Below, in pieces: positions 48,733 to 57,980 of a stretch of 64,000 nucleotides of DNA. The notes beneath the pieces are model-generated. The model saw only the letters and a program-made list of their open reading frames with translations, ran no database searches and had not been told where the DNA came from. The translations under genes and the position numbers were made by a program. Source of the stretch: an uncultured delta proteobacterium (GTDB lineage: Bacteria; Desulfobacterota; Binatia; UBA9968); contig CAWJZV010000025.1 in NCBI GenBank assembly GCA_963847445.1, positions 64,001 through 128,000 on the forward strand, read 5' to 3'. The stretch's first letter is position 1; every line of letters begins with the position of its first letter.

Positions 48733-48951
48733 TCAGGCAACGAGATGCTTCGCGATCATGCAGATGGCGTCCGGCTGGCCGATGTCGGTCTGGATCAGAT
48801 TGATCAATTGCCGGGCCGGCTCGGTGTAGCGTTTGATCTTGAGTTCGTTGTCGAGAAAGAGGGTGGCGACCTCGGTGCTGTTGAGCAGGTTTTGCATGTC
48901 GTCGTTGGTCCGGGACAAGTCCTCAGCGGCCGGACGCGTTGCCATAGCCAT
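48733..48951 (-). pseudogene. Remnant of a CheB/CheR-PAS fusion (PAS_10 fragment)
   Basis: NDDMQNLLNSTEVATLFLDNELKIKRYT..LINLIQTDIGQP, only 72 aa. Confidence 0.65.
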
Positions 48952-49153
48952 ACTCCTTGCGACTATTGGTTCGCCGCGAGAAATCGCCGATCCGTTGAAG
49001 ACTCTAGGCGAAAAGCATTAATGCTAAAGGTCATTACCCAGCTCAATGTTGTTGTCAAGAAATTCTTCGCGCGAATGCCAATAACGGAGAAAAATTCCGC
49101 GCCCAGATAGCGCTTTGTCGTCAACCCTAGCGCGGCAGAGCCGCAAGCGAAAC

Positions 49154-49260
49154 TCGGAATATCTCGCGCCAAGCACTCAAAGGGACAGAAAAAATACCAA
49201 GAGCGATTCATCAATCGCCCTTGGCTTGGCGTCTTTGGCGCGAGGAATATTCGATTCCGA
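49154..49260. repeat. Palindromic intergenic element (CGCGCCAAG family)
   Basis: TCGGAAT..CTCGCGCCAA / TTGGCGCGAG..ATTCCGA inverted arms. Confidence 0.6.
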
Positions 49261-49800
49261 GACGCTCGGAGCTGAGAAAATTTGCGCGAGTCGCGCAAAC
49301 TGTCAAGCATTACCAAAGCACCCTACGCTGGCGCCACCGGCCATCCTGTCCGAGAAAAAATGATTTTGCTGTAGTGAAGATAACGACAACGCCAATGCAG
49401 CGTCGCAGTTGGCCATGCAGAAGAGGCCAACTATAAGACGGCGCTGCTCAATGGGTGTTGGCGGTGAGGACTTGGTTCCGCGGTAATGGAAAGGTCCGAC
49501 CTGGTGGTGCCAATTGCCGATTCGACGCAAGCCGATTGCCCATGTAAGCGCGGCGTGACGGCGTTGTCCCACCCGCTTCCTCGAACATGGAGCGATGCTT
49601 GATGACGACCGTTCCGCCGGCAGGTTTGGGACGGGAGATTCTTTCCGACACGCGTCAAAAGTTCAATCAAGCACCTGGCACCGGACTCTGTCCTCTTGGA
49701 AACAAGCTAGGCTAGGAGCCGTCGTGCATATTTCCCGCCCCTGCCGGTGCGCCCGAGCGGTGAATCGAGTGGTGATTAAGTCTGGCTATTCCCAACGCGG

Positions 49801-49856
49801 TTGACATAATCCAGTAAGTATTTTATATCTTGTCACGATATTATCGTAATACGATC
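49801..49856 (+). promoter_or_regulatory. sigma70 promoter with tandem palindromic operators
   Basis: TTGACA-N17-TATATC overlapping TATCTTGTCACGATA and TATCGTAATACGATC. Confidence 0.6.
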
Positions 49857-49862
49857 TAAATT

Positions 49863-50336
49863 ATGCCAAACAACTCCAACCTTCCCGACTTCAAAGCCAT
49901 GGCGGAGTTGCGCTATCAAATTCGTCGTTTCTTGCGCTTTAGTGAAACCGCTGCTCGCCAGGCAGGGATCGAGCCGCAACAGCACCAGCTGCTTTTGGCG
50001 GTGAAGGGTTTACCTAAGACCTTGAAACCCACCATCGGCGTGCTCGCCGAACGGATGCAGTTGCAGCACCACAGTACAGTTGAGCTTGTCGACCGGCTGG
50101 CCGACCGAGGGTTTCTTTTGCGCTTGCGCGCCAGCGACGACCGACGCCAAGTCCTGGTCAAACTGACTCACGACGGCGAAGAGTTTCTCAAAACACTCTC
50201 ACTGCATCATTTGCAAGAATTGCAGTCCTCCGGTCCGAAGTTCGTGAAGATATTACAGGGTTTGATCGAAGGTCTCGAAGCGCCGCTTAACACCGCAGTT
50301 AATATACCGCCGACTAAATCAACAAACGCCGAATAA
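49863..50336 (+). CDS. MarR-family regulator
   Basis: LAERMQLQHHSTVELVDRL..DDRRQVLVKLT. Confidence 0.9.
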   Translation: MPNNSNLPDFKAMAELRYQIRRFLRFSETAARQAGIEPQQHQLLLAVKGLPKTLKPTIGVLAERMQLQHHSTVELVDRLADRGFLLRLRASDDRRQVLVKLTHDGEEFLKTLSLHHLQELQSSGPKFVKILQGLIEGLEAPLNTAVNIPPTKSTNAE

Positions 50337-50356
50337 ACAACGAAAGGAAGAAAACC

Positions 50357-51204
50357 ATGGCTAATCACCACCGAAGAACTACTTTTAGATGTGCGCGTCG
50401 CTGAGGCGTCGCGCTTTGTTCAAATTCTACCTGAACCAGGAAAAGAAAATTCTCGGCACCATTTCGGTTGCCATCTTTTCCTGACTCTATGGGAGCTGGT
50501 TGGAAATACCTTTCAGTTGATCAATCCGATGTTCATGAGCGCGCCATCGTTGGTTGGGAAGGCGGCTATTCGAGATGTTTTCTTCCGGCGAAATCTATAA
50601 TGACCTTTACGTCAGCGGTATCGAACTTGCCGGGGGCTATTTGTTATCGGTCGTCGTTGCCGTTCCCTTTGGCATCGCCATCGGCTGGTACAAGAAAGTA
50701 GCCTACATATTCGATCCCTTTGTCAACGCGATGAACGCGACCCCGCGCGTGGCGCTTTTACCGCTAGTCATCATCTGGTTGGGGATCGGCATACTCTCCA
50801 AGGTCGGTATTATCTTTCTCGGCGCGGTTTTCCCCATATTGATCAATGCGCGCGACGGGGTGAAGACCACACCGTCGAATCTACTTACCGCCGCCCGGAG
50901 TTTTGGCGCTTCCGAGTGGATGCTCTTCAAGACCGTGGTGCTTCCCTCTACGGTTCCTTTTATCCTGACTGGATTGAGGCTCGGACTTGGCAGAGCGATT
51001 GTCGGTGTCATGGTTGGCGAGCTTTATGCCGCGACCGCCGGCATCGGTTTTATGATTACGGTTGCCGGCGCCACCTTCCAGACCGATAAAGTCTTTGTCG
51101 GCGTGCTCATATTCGCGCTTACGGGCATGATCGGAACGGAGGCAATCACTCGGGTGGAAAAGCGCTTTAATCGCTGGCGTCCCGCTGTGGGGTCTGCGGA
51201 ATAG
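50357..51204 (+). CDS. ABC permease (SsuC/TauC type), frameshifted N-terminus
   Basis: TPRVALLPLVIIWLGIG, EAA-like motif AARSFGAS and VGELYAATAGIG. Confidence 0.85.
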
Positions 51205-51504
51205 TCGTGCGCGTCGTCTTCAGTTGCCATAGTGACGGCACAACAATCAGACCAAGGAGGGAACAGGGCAGGTCCGTCCCTACCAAGAAGAAGATCATCC
51301 CTCGCCGGCCGCTGCGGAAATCTGATGAGAAGCGCGACTAACCCACGAAGGGGTTGGCGACAGGTATGCTATACCCGGGAAAGCGTGCGCCAGCTGCCGC
51401 AATAGGCGCTGAGACAACTGCGCCACGGTAATCTCGTTGAACATGCCGATCTTTATCCCTAAGGAACCGGCCGGTGATAACGGCGACGAGAGCAACCATC
51501 TGCT

Positions 51505-52912
51505 TCATCCGCTGGTTAACTCGGCTTTGATGCCACCTTGCGTGAGTGCGCGCGGATCCAACAATCGGTTGAGTTCATCCGCTGAGAGCGTTGTGGTTTC
51601 CGCCGCTACGTCTTTAATGGGTCGGCCTTCGGCGTAAGCTCGTTTGGCGATTTCGGCGGCTTTGTCATAGCCAACGATGGGGTTCAGCGCGGTTACCAGG
51701 ATTGGGTTCTTTTCGACCTGTGCGGCGATTGCCGCTCGGTTTACGGTAAACCCAGCTATCGCTTTATCGGCCAGGAGGCGGCTGGCGTTGGCGAGGATTT
51801 GCAGGCTTTGCAGTAAACTATGCGCTATCACCGGCAACATCGTTTGCAGTTCAAAATTACCGTGGCTCGCAGCCACGGCGATGGTTGCGTCGTTGCCGAC
51901 CACCTGAGCCGCAACCATCATGACCGACTCCGGAATTACCGGATTGATCTTGCCCGGCATGATTGAGCTGCCTGGCTGTAAGGCCGGCAGAACAATCTCG
52001 CCGAGTCCTGCCTGCGGTCCGGAGTTCATCCAGCGCAGGTCATTGGCAATTTTCAATAACGCGAGCGCCAGGGCTTTTAACTGGCCGCTGAGCTCGACGG
52101 CGCTGTCTTGCGTCGATTGCGACGCGAAGTGATTTGAACTTTCAAGCGAAACTAAATCCTGTCATGAGCGAGATTTGAGCGGCGACGCGAGCGCCAAACT
52201 CAGGATGGGCATTGATGCCGGTGCCGACTGCCGTGCCGCCGAGCGCGAGTTCGCTCAGGCGTGGCTGCGTAGCGATCAGGCGATCCATGGCCAGGTAGAT
52301 TTGTGCCGCCCAACCGCCGATTTGCTGGCTCAATCGAATCGGCATCGCGTCCATTAAATGGGTCCGACCGGTCTTGACCACGTCGTCATGATCTCGCGCT
52401 CTGCGCAAGAGCTCTTCGTGCAGGTGGCGGAGCGCTGGCAGCAGACGCTCTTGCAGCTCGATCACGGCGGCGAGATGGATCACCGCAGGAAATACGTCAT
52501 TCGACGACTGGCACATGTTCACATGATCGTTGGGATGCACCGCTTGACTGTCCATGATCTGTCGAGCGCGAGTGGCGATCACTTCATTGGCGTTCATGTT
52601 GGTCGACGTGCCCGAGCCGGTTTGAAAAATGTCGACGGGAAAATGGCCGTCGTGCTGCCCTTCGGCGACTTCCGCCGATGCCTTTACGATCGCTGATGCT
52701 ATCGACGTGTCAAGTAATCCTAACTCGCCATTCACTGCTGCTGCGGCTGATTTAACGACACCCAGCGCGCGAATGAACGTGCGCCCAAAGCGCAGACCGC
52801 TAATCGGAAAGTTCTCGACGGCTCTCTGGGTCTGCGCCATGTACAGCGAGTCCAGCGGAACGCGCACTTCACCCAGACTGTCTTTCTCGATTCGATAAAG
52901 CTCATCGGTCAT
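51505..52912 (-). CDS. fumC: Class II fumarate hydratase (frameshift near 52140)
   Basis: [27 protein letters not shown] and [11 protein letters not shown]. Confidence 0.93.
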
Positions 52913-53070
52913 ACAGTGCTCCTTTCGCCGATCGATCCGGTTCGTCGCCGCTACTTTGCTAAGGCGCCGTCGTTGCGCAGAGATCGCGTCACGATCATCT
53001 TGCCCTGACCGGGCGCGAGATCACTTGTCTTCGCGGCCAATACAAGCTCGATTATGATTCAATTCCTGGA

Positions 53071-53135
53071 AAAGTCGCATGCACGTATTTGCGACTTTCC
53101 CGCCTAATATCTACTTTTGTCAGGCATGCCTGACA
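53071..53135. promoter_or_regulatory. Inverted repeat, promoter-like motif and perfect 18-bp palindrome
   Basis: AAAGTCGCA-N10-TGCGACTTT, TTGCGA-N17-TACTTT and TGTCAGGCATGCCTGACA (53118-53135). Confidence 0.55.
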
Positions 53136-53518
53136 GGAGCAGAAGGGGCGCTAAAAAACAAATTCATAGTCACCGGTATGATCTCCATGGGCCCAGGCAA
53201 TTGTTAATTCGCTGTCGCTGATAGGATCGATTCTGTGCCCCAAAAAATCATTGCCGCAAAGCGACGAGGCGTGTCGCTCGCGGCACTGCAAATCACACCG
53301 ATTGCGTCTCAGGCTGGCGGGGGGAGATATCGTTCTGACGACCCAAAGCGGACTGTCAGGTCTGGCTGATTGCGCCAAGAAAGACGGTGGGCGGCCGATG
53401 GCGTGGGCGGCAAAAGCAGAACTAGGAAGCCAACCGCGCCGAGAAATTGGCCGACCATGAGGATCTCCTGGGCGCTTGCTCTATTCGGCAAGGATGAGAA
53501 TTACCGTACGTTGTTTTA

Positions 53519-54547
53519 TTATGGCAACTCAATCTGCCGGTCTGGGCTGGCCGGTTCTGGGTATGGCTTGCGCGGCGCCGTTGGTTCGCTGACGCTTTTC
53601 ATGCAACGCGCTCGCTCCAGCAACTCCAGGGTCTGCACCAGGCGATCCGGCGAGCCCCAGTCGCTCCAGTAGACTTCGAGCACCGGCAGGACCGCGATGG
53701 TCGCCGGCATGCGGTCGCTGACTTTTTCCAGGAAATCCTTGGAAAAGTTCATCGGCTCGATCTTTTCATAAAGCGCCTCGACCGCCTGTGCCTCCATCGG
53801 CGTGCCGATGGCGTCCAAGATGCCAATAAAATGATAATAGGTCGCCGGGCAAAGCCGCTGCATCATCTCCAACACCGTTCGCACTTTGAACACCATGATC
53901 ATGGTGTTCCACAGGCCGCCGGCCTTGACCAGTTCCTGAGCTAGGCGGCAGTCGGGCTTTTCGACAAACTGGGCGACCTGGCGCGTGCCCCACAGATTGA
54001 ATAGCCCCTCGCTTCCCTGGGGCAGGATGTAACCATATTCGACTTCCGGCGCTTGCGCTTCCATGGCGAGAAGGACGATACGCGACGGCTCACGGGCCAC
54101 GGCTCGGGCGGCGAGGTCGACATGGTCCATGAAGCGGCCTTCGTCAAGGATGAAATGGTCCGATGGAAAGACCGCGACGATCGCTTCCGGGTTGCGTTTG
54201 TAGAGGTGGAGCAACGGCAGAAGAATCCCCGGACCGGTTTCTTTGTTGGCCGGCTGGACGATCACCGTGTCGGCACGGCGGTCTCGGAGCTGCCGCCGCA
54301 CTTCGGGGTGGCGCAGATGTTGTTTGCTGACGATGGTCAGGACGCGCCGGGCCGGGATCAGCAATTGGCAGCGTCGGTAGGTATGTTCGAGCATCGAATG
54401 GCGCCCGACAAAATTGACATATTGCTTGGGCAGGTCGGTGCCGCGGGTTTCGCGAATATAGGGTTGCAGCCGTCTGCCATCGCCCGCCGCCAGCACCAAG
54501 CCCCAAAGCGCTGTTTGAATTTGTTCCTGCTGACGCAATTCAAGCAT
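53519..54547 (-). CDS. Sugar-phosphate nucleotidyltransferase (mannose-1-P guanylyltransferase-like)
   Basis: VLAAGDGRRL..PKQY, FPSDH, EYGYI, FVEKP, WNT and WSDWGS. Confidence 0.85.
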   Translation of the reverse strand: MLELRQQEQIQTALWGLVLAAGDGRRLQPYIRETRGTDLPKQYVNFVGRHSMLEHTYRRCQLLIPARRVLTIVSKQHLRHPEVRRQLRDRRADTVIVQPANKETGPGILLPLLHLYKRNPEAIVAVFPSDHFILDEGRFMDHVDLAARAVAREPSRIVLLAMEAQAPEVEYGYILPQGSEGLFNLWGTRQVAQFVEKPDCRLAQELVKAGGLWNTMIMVFKVRTVLEMMQRLCPATYYHFIGILDAIGTPMEAQAVEALYEKIEPMNFSKDFLEKVSDRMPATIAVLPVLEVYWSDWGSPDRLVQTLELLERARCMKSVSEPTAPRKPYPEPASPDRQIELP

Positions 54548-54834
54548 GAGGGTTCTCCTGATTGCAAAGCACAGCGCCGATTGGATTGTGTTACCGCTCG
54601 CTAAATCACCCGACAGTGATCGGGTTTAATAATTTCGCGCCGCAAATGTCATGCCGCCAGTTGCCGCTGCGCGATCGCCAATGGTTCGCGGCTTTCGCAG
54701 AAAAACCTTCGCAGATTCGACAGCGGGTCGGCGATTATTTCGCAGGTCTGACAAACGCCGAATTAGCAGCGGCGAACGATCCGAGAATTCCGTAGCAATC
54801 CAAGGCCTCGTGGCTGGGCGCAGCGCCGCTGTTG

Positions 54835-54851
54835 TGGGCACGTCCTTTGCC
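54835..54851 (+). promoter_or_regulatory. sigma54 promoter of the USP genes
   Basis: TGGGCACGTCCTTTGCC = GGCACG-N4-TTGC, ~50 bp upstream of the start. Confidence 0.65.
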
Positions 54852-54902
54852 TAATGATTCAGTGAGCGGGGCGAAAGCAGTAACGGTAAACCATTAAGGA
54901 GG

Positions 54903-55424
54903 ATGGCGATGAGCGAATTCAAACGCATACTTTGTCCGGTCGATCTATCCGAGTTTTCGTTGGAGGCGTTGCGCTTGGCAGCGCAACTGGCCGACCGTAA
55001 CAGCGCGGTGTTGGATATTTTGCACGTTATCCATAATCCCTTCGACGAGCTCTACATGACGTCGATTACTTCGACCGATCCGGCGCTGCTCGACGCCTAT
55101 GCCGCCGAGTCGCGCGAGCGCGCTAAGATCGTCCGTGCCACCGAGGAACACGCCGAGGTTCTGCTTAAGCAGTTCTGCCGCGACGAAGTCAAAGGTGTCG
55201 CCAAAGTCCACTATCACGTTCGCCAGGGCGATCCTTTCGAAAACATCCTCGATGGCGCCGAAGATTTTCTCACCGATCTGATTGTTTTGGCGACCCACGG
55301 ACGCACCGGCATTAAGCGCTTGGTGATCGGCAACGTCGCCGAGAAAGTCGTGCGCCACGCACCCTGCCCGGTGCTGACGGTGAAGCCCAAGAGTTTGCCG
55401 AGAGTGGCAGACGCCGCAGCGTAA
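54903..55424 (+). CDS. Universal stress protein
   Basis: ILCPVDLS..ATHGRTGIKRLVIGNVAEKVVRHAPCPV. Confidence 0.93.
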   Translation: MAMSEFKRILCPVDLSEFSLEALRLAAQLADRNSAVLDILHVIHNPFDELYMTSITSTDPALLDAYAAESRERAKIVRATEEHAEVLLKQFCRDEVKGVAKVHYHVRQGDPFENILDGAEDFLTDLIVLATHGRTGIKRLVIGNVAEKVVRHAPCPVLTVKPKSLPRVADAAA

Positions 55425-55434
55425 GGAGGTTGCC

Positions 55435-56308
55435 ATGGGTGTCGCCCATGTCGCGGCGGGTCCGCCGCTCATGCGCATCGTTCATCCCTCGGATTTCTCG
55501 CGTTTGAGCCAAGTCGCCTTTGCCCATGCGCTCAAGATCGCCTTGCTGGCGAAAGCCGAGCTGGAAATCGTTCATGTGCACGGACACAAGATCGGTAAAG
55601 AGAAAGATGTCCATTGGAGCGATTTTCCCGGTGTCCGGGAGACTTTAGCGCGCTGGCAGGTGGTGCCGCCAAGCGCCACCCGCGAAGAAGTTGATAGTAC
55701 CGGATTGCGCGTACGGAAAATTCTCAACTCGGAGGATGATCCGTTGGAGTCGATGGTGCGTTACTGCGCCGACCATCCGCCTGACCTGCTGGTGTTGGCG
55801 ACTTATCAAAGGGAAGGTCTCAACCGCTGGCTGCACCGGGCGGTGGCCGAGCCGCTGGCGCGCCGTTCGCGCGCCATGACGCTGTTCGTGCCAAGCCATG
55901 GCCGGCAATTTGTTTCACCCGCCAATGGCGCTGTGCAGCTCAGCAAAATTCTTCTGCCGGTGGATCATCAGCCTAACGCGCAGGCGGCAGTGGAGGAGGC
56001 GTTTTTTTCTCGCCGAAGGTTTGGGTTGCCGCGACGTCGAGTTCAAGTTGCTCCATATCGGCACCGACAAAGGTATGCCGACGCTATTTTTGCCGCACCA
56101 GTCCGATTACCGATGGAAAGAACGCTTGGTGAACGGCGATGTGGTGCAGACGATTGAAAGGGAAGCCGAGCAGTGGACCCCGGATTTGATCGTGTTTACG
56201 ACCGAGGGCCATCGGGACTTTCTCGATGCGCTGCGCGGCAGCACCACGGAGCGAGTGCTGCGCGCCGCCCACTGCCCGGTGCTCGCCGTGCCGGCGAAAG
56301 CGAGTTAG
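55435..56308 (+). CDS. Tandem-domain universal stress protein (frameshift in T-run near 56005)
   Basis: IVHPSDFS, ILLPVDH and GSTTERVLRAAHCPVLAV. Confidence 0.88.
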
Positions 56309-56345
56309 TGCCGCTGCGGAGATCGCAGGGAATTCGAGGTTTCGG

Positions 56346-56655
56346 CACAGAGCACACAGAGACCACAGAGTAGAAGATTCGGAGCCGGAGAATTGCCGCG
56401 CCTTCGACGGCTCAGGGCGATCGGGACGCATAGAACCTAGCGCGGCACAACGTAACGAAACATTCGCGCCAAGGTAGAGGGCGGGTTGGAAACCCGTGTG
56501 GCTTTTCATTTCCCGCTTGGGATGGTTGCAATCCCTTGCCTTCACGCTAAGCGCAGTGCCGTCATCCCCGTGACAACGAGGATCTAGGGTTTTCGTAGCG
56601 GCGGGGCGCGACCTGCACTTCGCTGGATTGCCGTTCTGCGCGGGAATTATCGGCA
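56346..56655. repeat. Cluster of REP-like elements
   Basis: CACAGAGnn x3, CCTTCGACGGCTCAGGG, GTAGAGGGCGGGTTGGAAACCCG, and a degenerate GTCATCCCCG..GGATC / GGATT..CGGGAAT inverted pair. Confidence 0.55.
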
Positions 56656-56716
56656 AAGAGAAAATCGACCTCGAGTCGACGCAATCAGAATCCCTCGGTT
56701 TATGGCCGACGAATGT

Positions 56717-57835
56717 TCAATGGATCAATTCCAATGCGATGGAGAAGGCGATTAGTAGAACGATCACCCATTCCAATATTTCCATGCGCCGGTTGGAGGC
56801 CTGATCGGAAATCTTTTCGTAGATGCTCTCCAGGGTTTGCAGTTTTCGCAGAATGCTGGTGTCCCACTCGTCCAGGTGAAAACGCCGGTTGATCAAGCGA
56901 TAGACGCGGGCGAGATACTGGTCGCCCAAAAGTTTCAGGGTGTTGTTGACGCCTTCGAAGAGGATCGCATTGTCGACCTGGAGCTCGGCGACGCTGCGCA
57001 GATCGGCGCCGTAATAGCCTAACAGGCGCGGCAGGCTGAACGCGCGCTTTGAAAGCGTATCGTAGGCTTGATCCAGGGCGCGGTCGAGTTTTTGATCGAG
57101 ATAGCGCATTTCCAATAGCTCGACATTGGCATATTCGAGAACCGCGCGGATATCGTCGCCGTCGCGATCGATGAGCAGAGCGGCATTCCAATCGACGATG
57201 GTCAGGTCTTCCATTCCGTAGGAAATCCGCGCGCCGAATGCCTCGGAGACTTCCTGCTCCGACAAGAGCCGCCGTTCGGCGCGCAGAATCCGCGCGATTT
57301 CCTGACCATGCTGGGCATGGAAAAGGTTGAAGTCGATCGCTTCGGCAAAAGACGCGATGTGAAAGACGATATAGTCTTCCACCACCGACGAGAGCCAGGC
57401 TTGCGCCGCTGCGTCGCCGATGACGTGCAGCAACTGACCGACCCGCAGCCGCGAGTCGGCAAGCAAAGGCTCGTTGTCGTAGAGTTCCTCGCTCAGCGTC
57501 AGCAGTTCGCTAAATGGTCCGGCAATGTCGACCGTATAGGTCACCGCCACCGCGCCGAAATCGTAGAACTGGAGATCGACGCTCGGCCGGGTGAGATAAT
57601 TCCCAAGCTTGATTGCTTCGGTATCTTGAGTCAGACGGAGCGGCGCTGGCTGATACTCGAAGTAGCTAGGAGCAGGCCGTTTGTGCCGCAGGGTTGAACG
57701 TTGCGTCGCTTCATGAATGCGTGCTTCTGCCTTATTGAGATCGATGGAACGCGCCGCGTCATAGGCAAAGGTGATGTAACACAAGCCGTTTAGGATATTG
57801 AGTGTTGGACTGGTTTCCGTCGTCGGTGATGTCAC
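56717..57835 (-). CDS. RMD1/DUF155-like protein
   Basis: YDFGAVAV, VDWNAALL, LGDQYLARVY, and C-terminal MEILEWVIVLLIAF TM segment. Confidence 0.75.
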   Translation of the reverse strand: MTSPTTETSPTLNILNGLCYITFAYDAARSIDLNKAEARIHEATQRSTLRHKRPAPSYFEYQPAPLRLTQDTEAIKLGNYLTRPSVDLQFYDFGAVAVTYTVDIAGPFSELLTLSEELYDNEPLLADSRLRVGQLLHVIGDAAAQAWLSSVVEDYIVFHIASFAEAIDFNLFHAQHGQEIARILRAERRLLSEQEVSEAFGARISYGMEDLTIVDWNAALLIDRDGDDIRAVLEYANVELLEMRYLDQKLDRALDQAYDTLSKRAFSLPRLLGYYGADLRSVAELQVDNAILFEGVNNTLKLLGDQYLARVYRLINRRFHLDEWDTSILRKLQTLESIYEKISDQASNRRMEILEWVIVLLIAFSIALELIH

Positions 57836-57980
57836 GGCTATGCTCGGATCAAGTTCAAGATTGGCAATCAACTCGCGAATTATCGCCCCGCTCGCAGATT
57901 GGCAAGCGCTATATCTAGTTCCGTTCTCAGCGCGGGCAATTTTGCCATTGGCTTGAGCGGGCCGCCGTTTGCTCGCGTGG

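Noticed and set aside
54560-54580. sigma54 promoter for the nucleotidyltransferase
   Set aside because: GG-to-GC spacing is 11, not 10.
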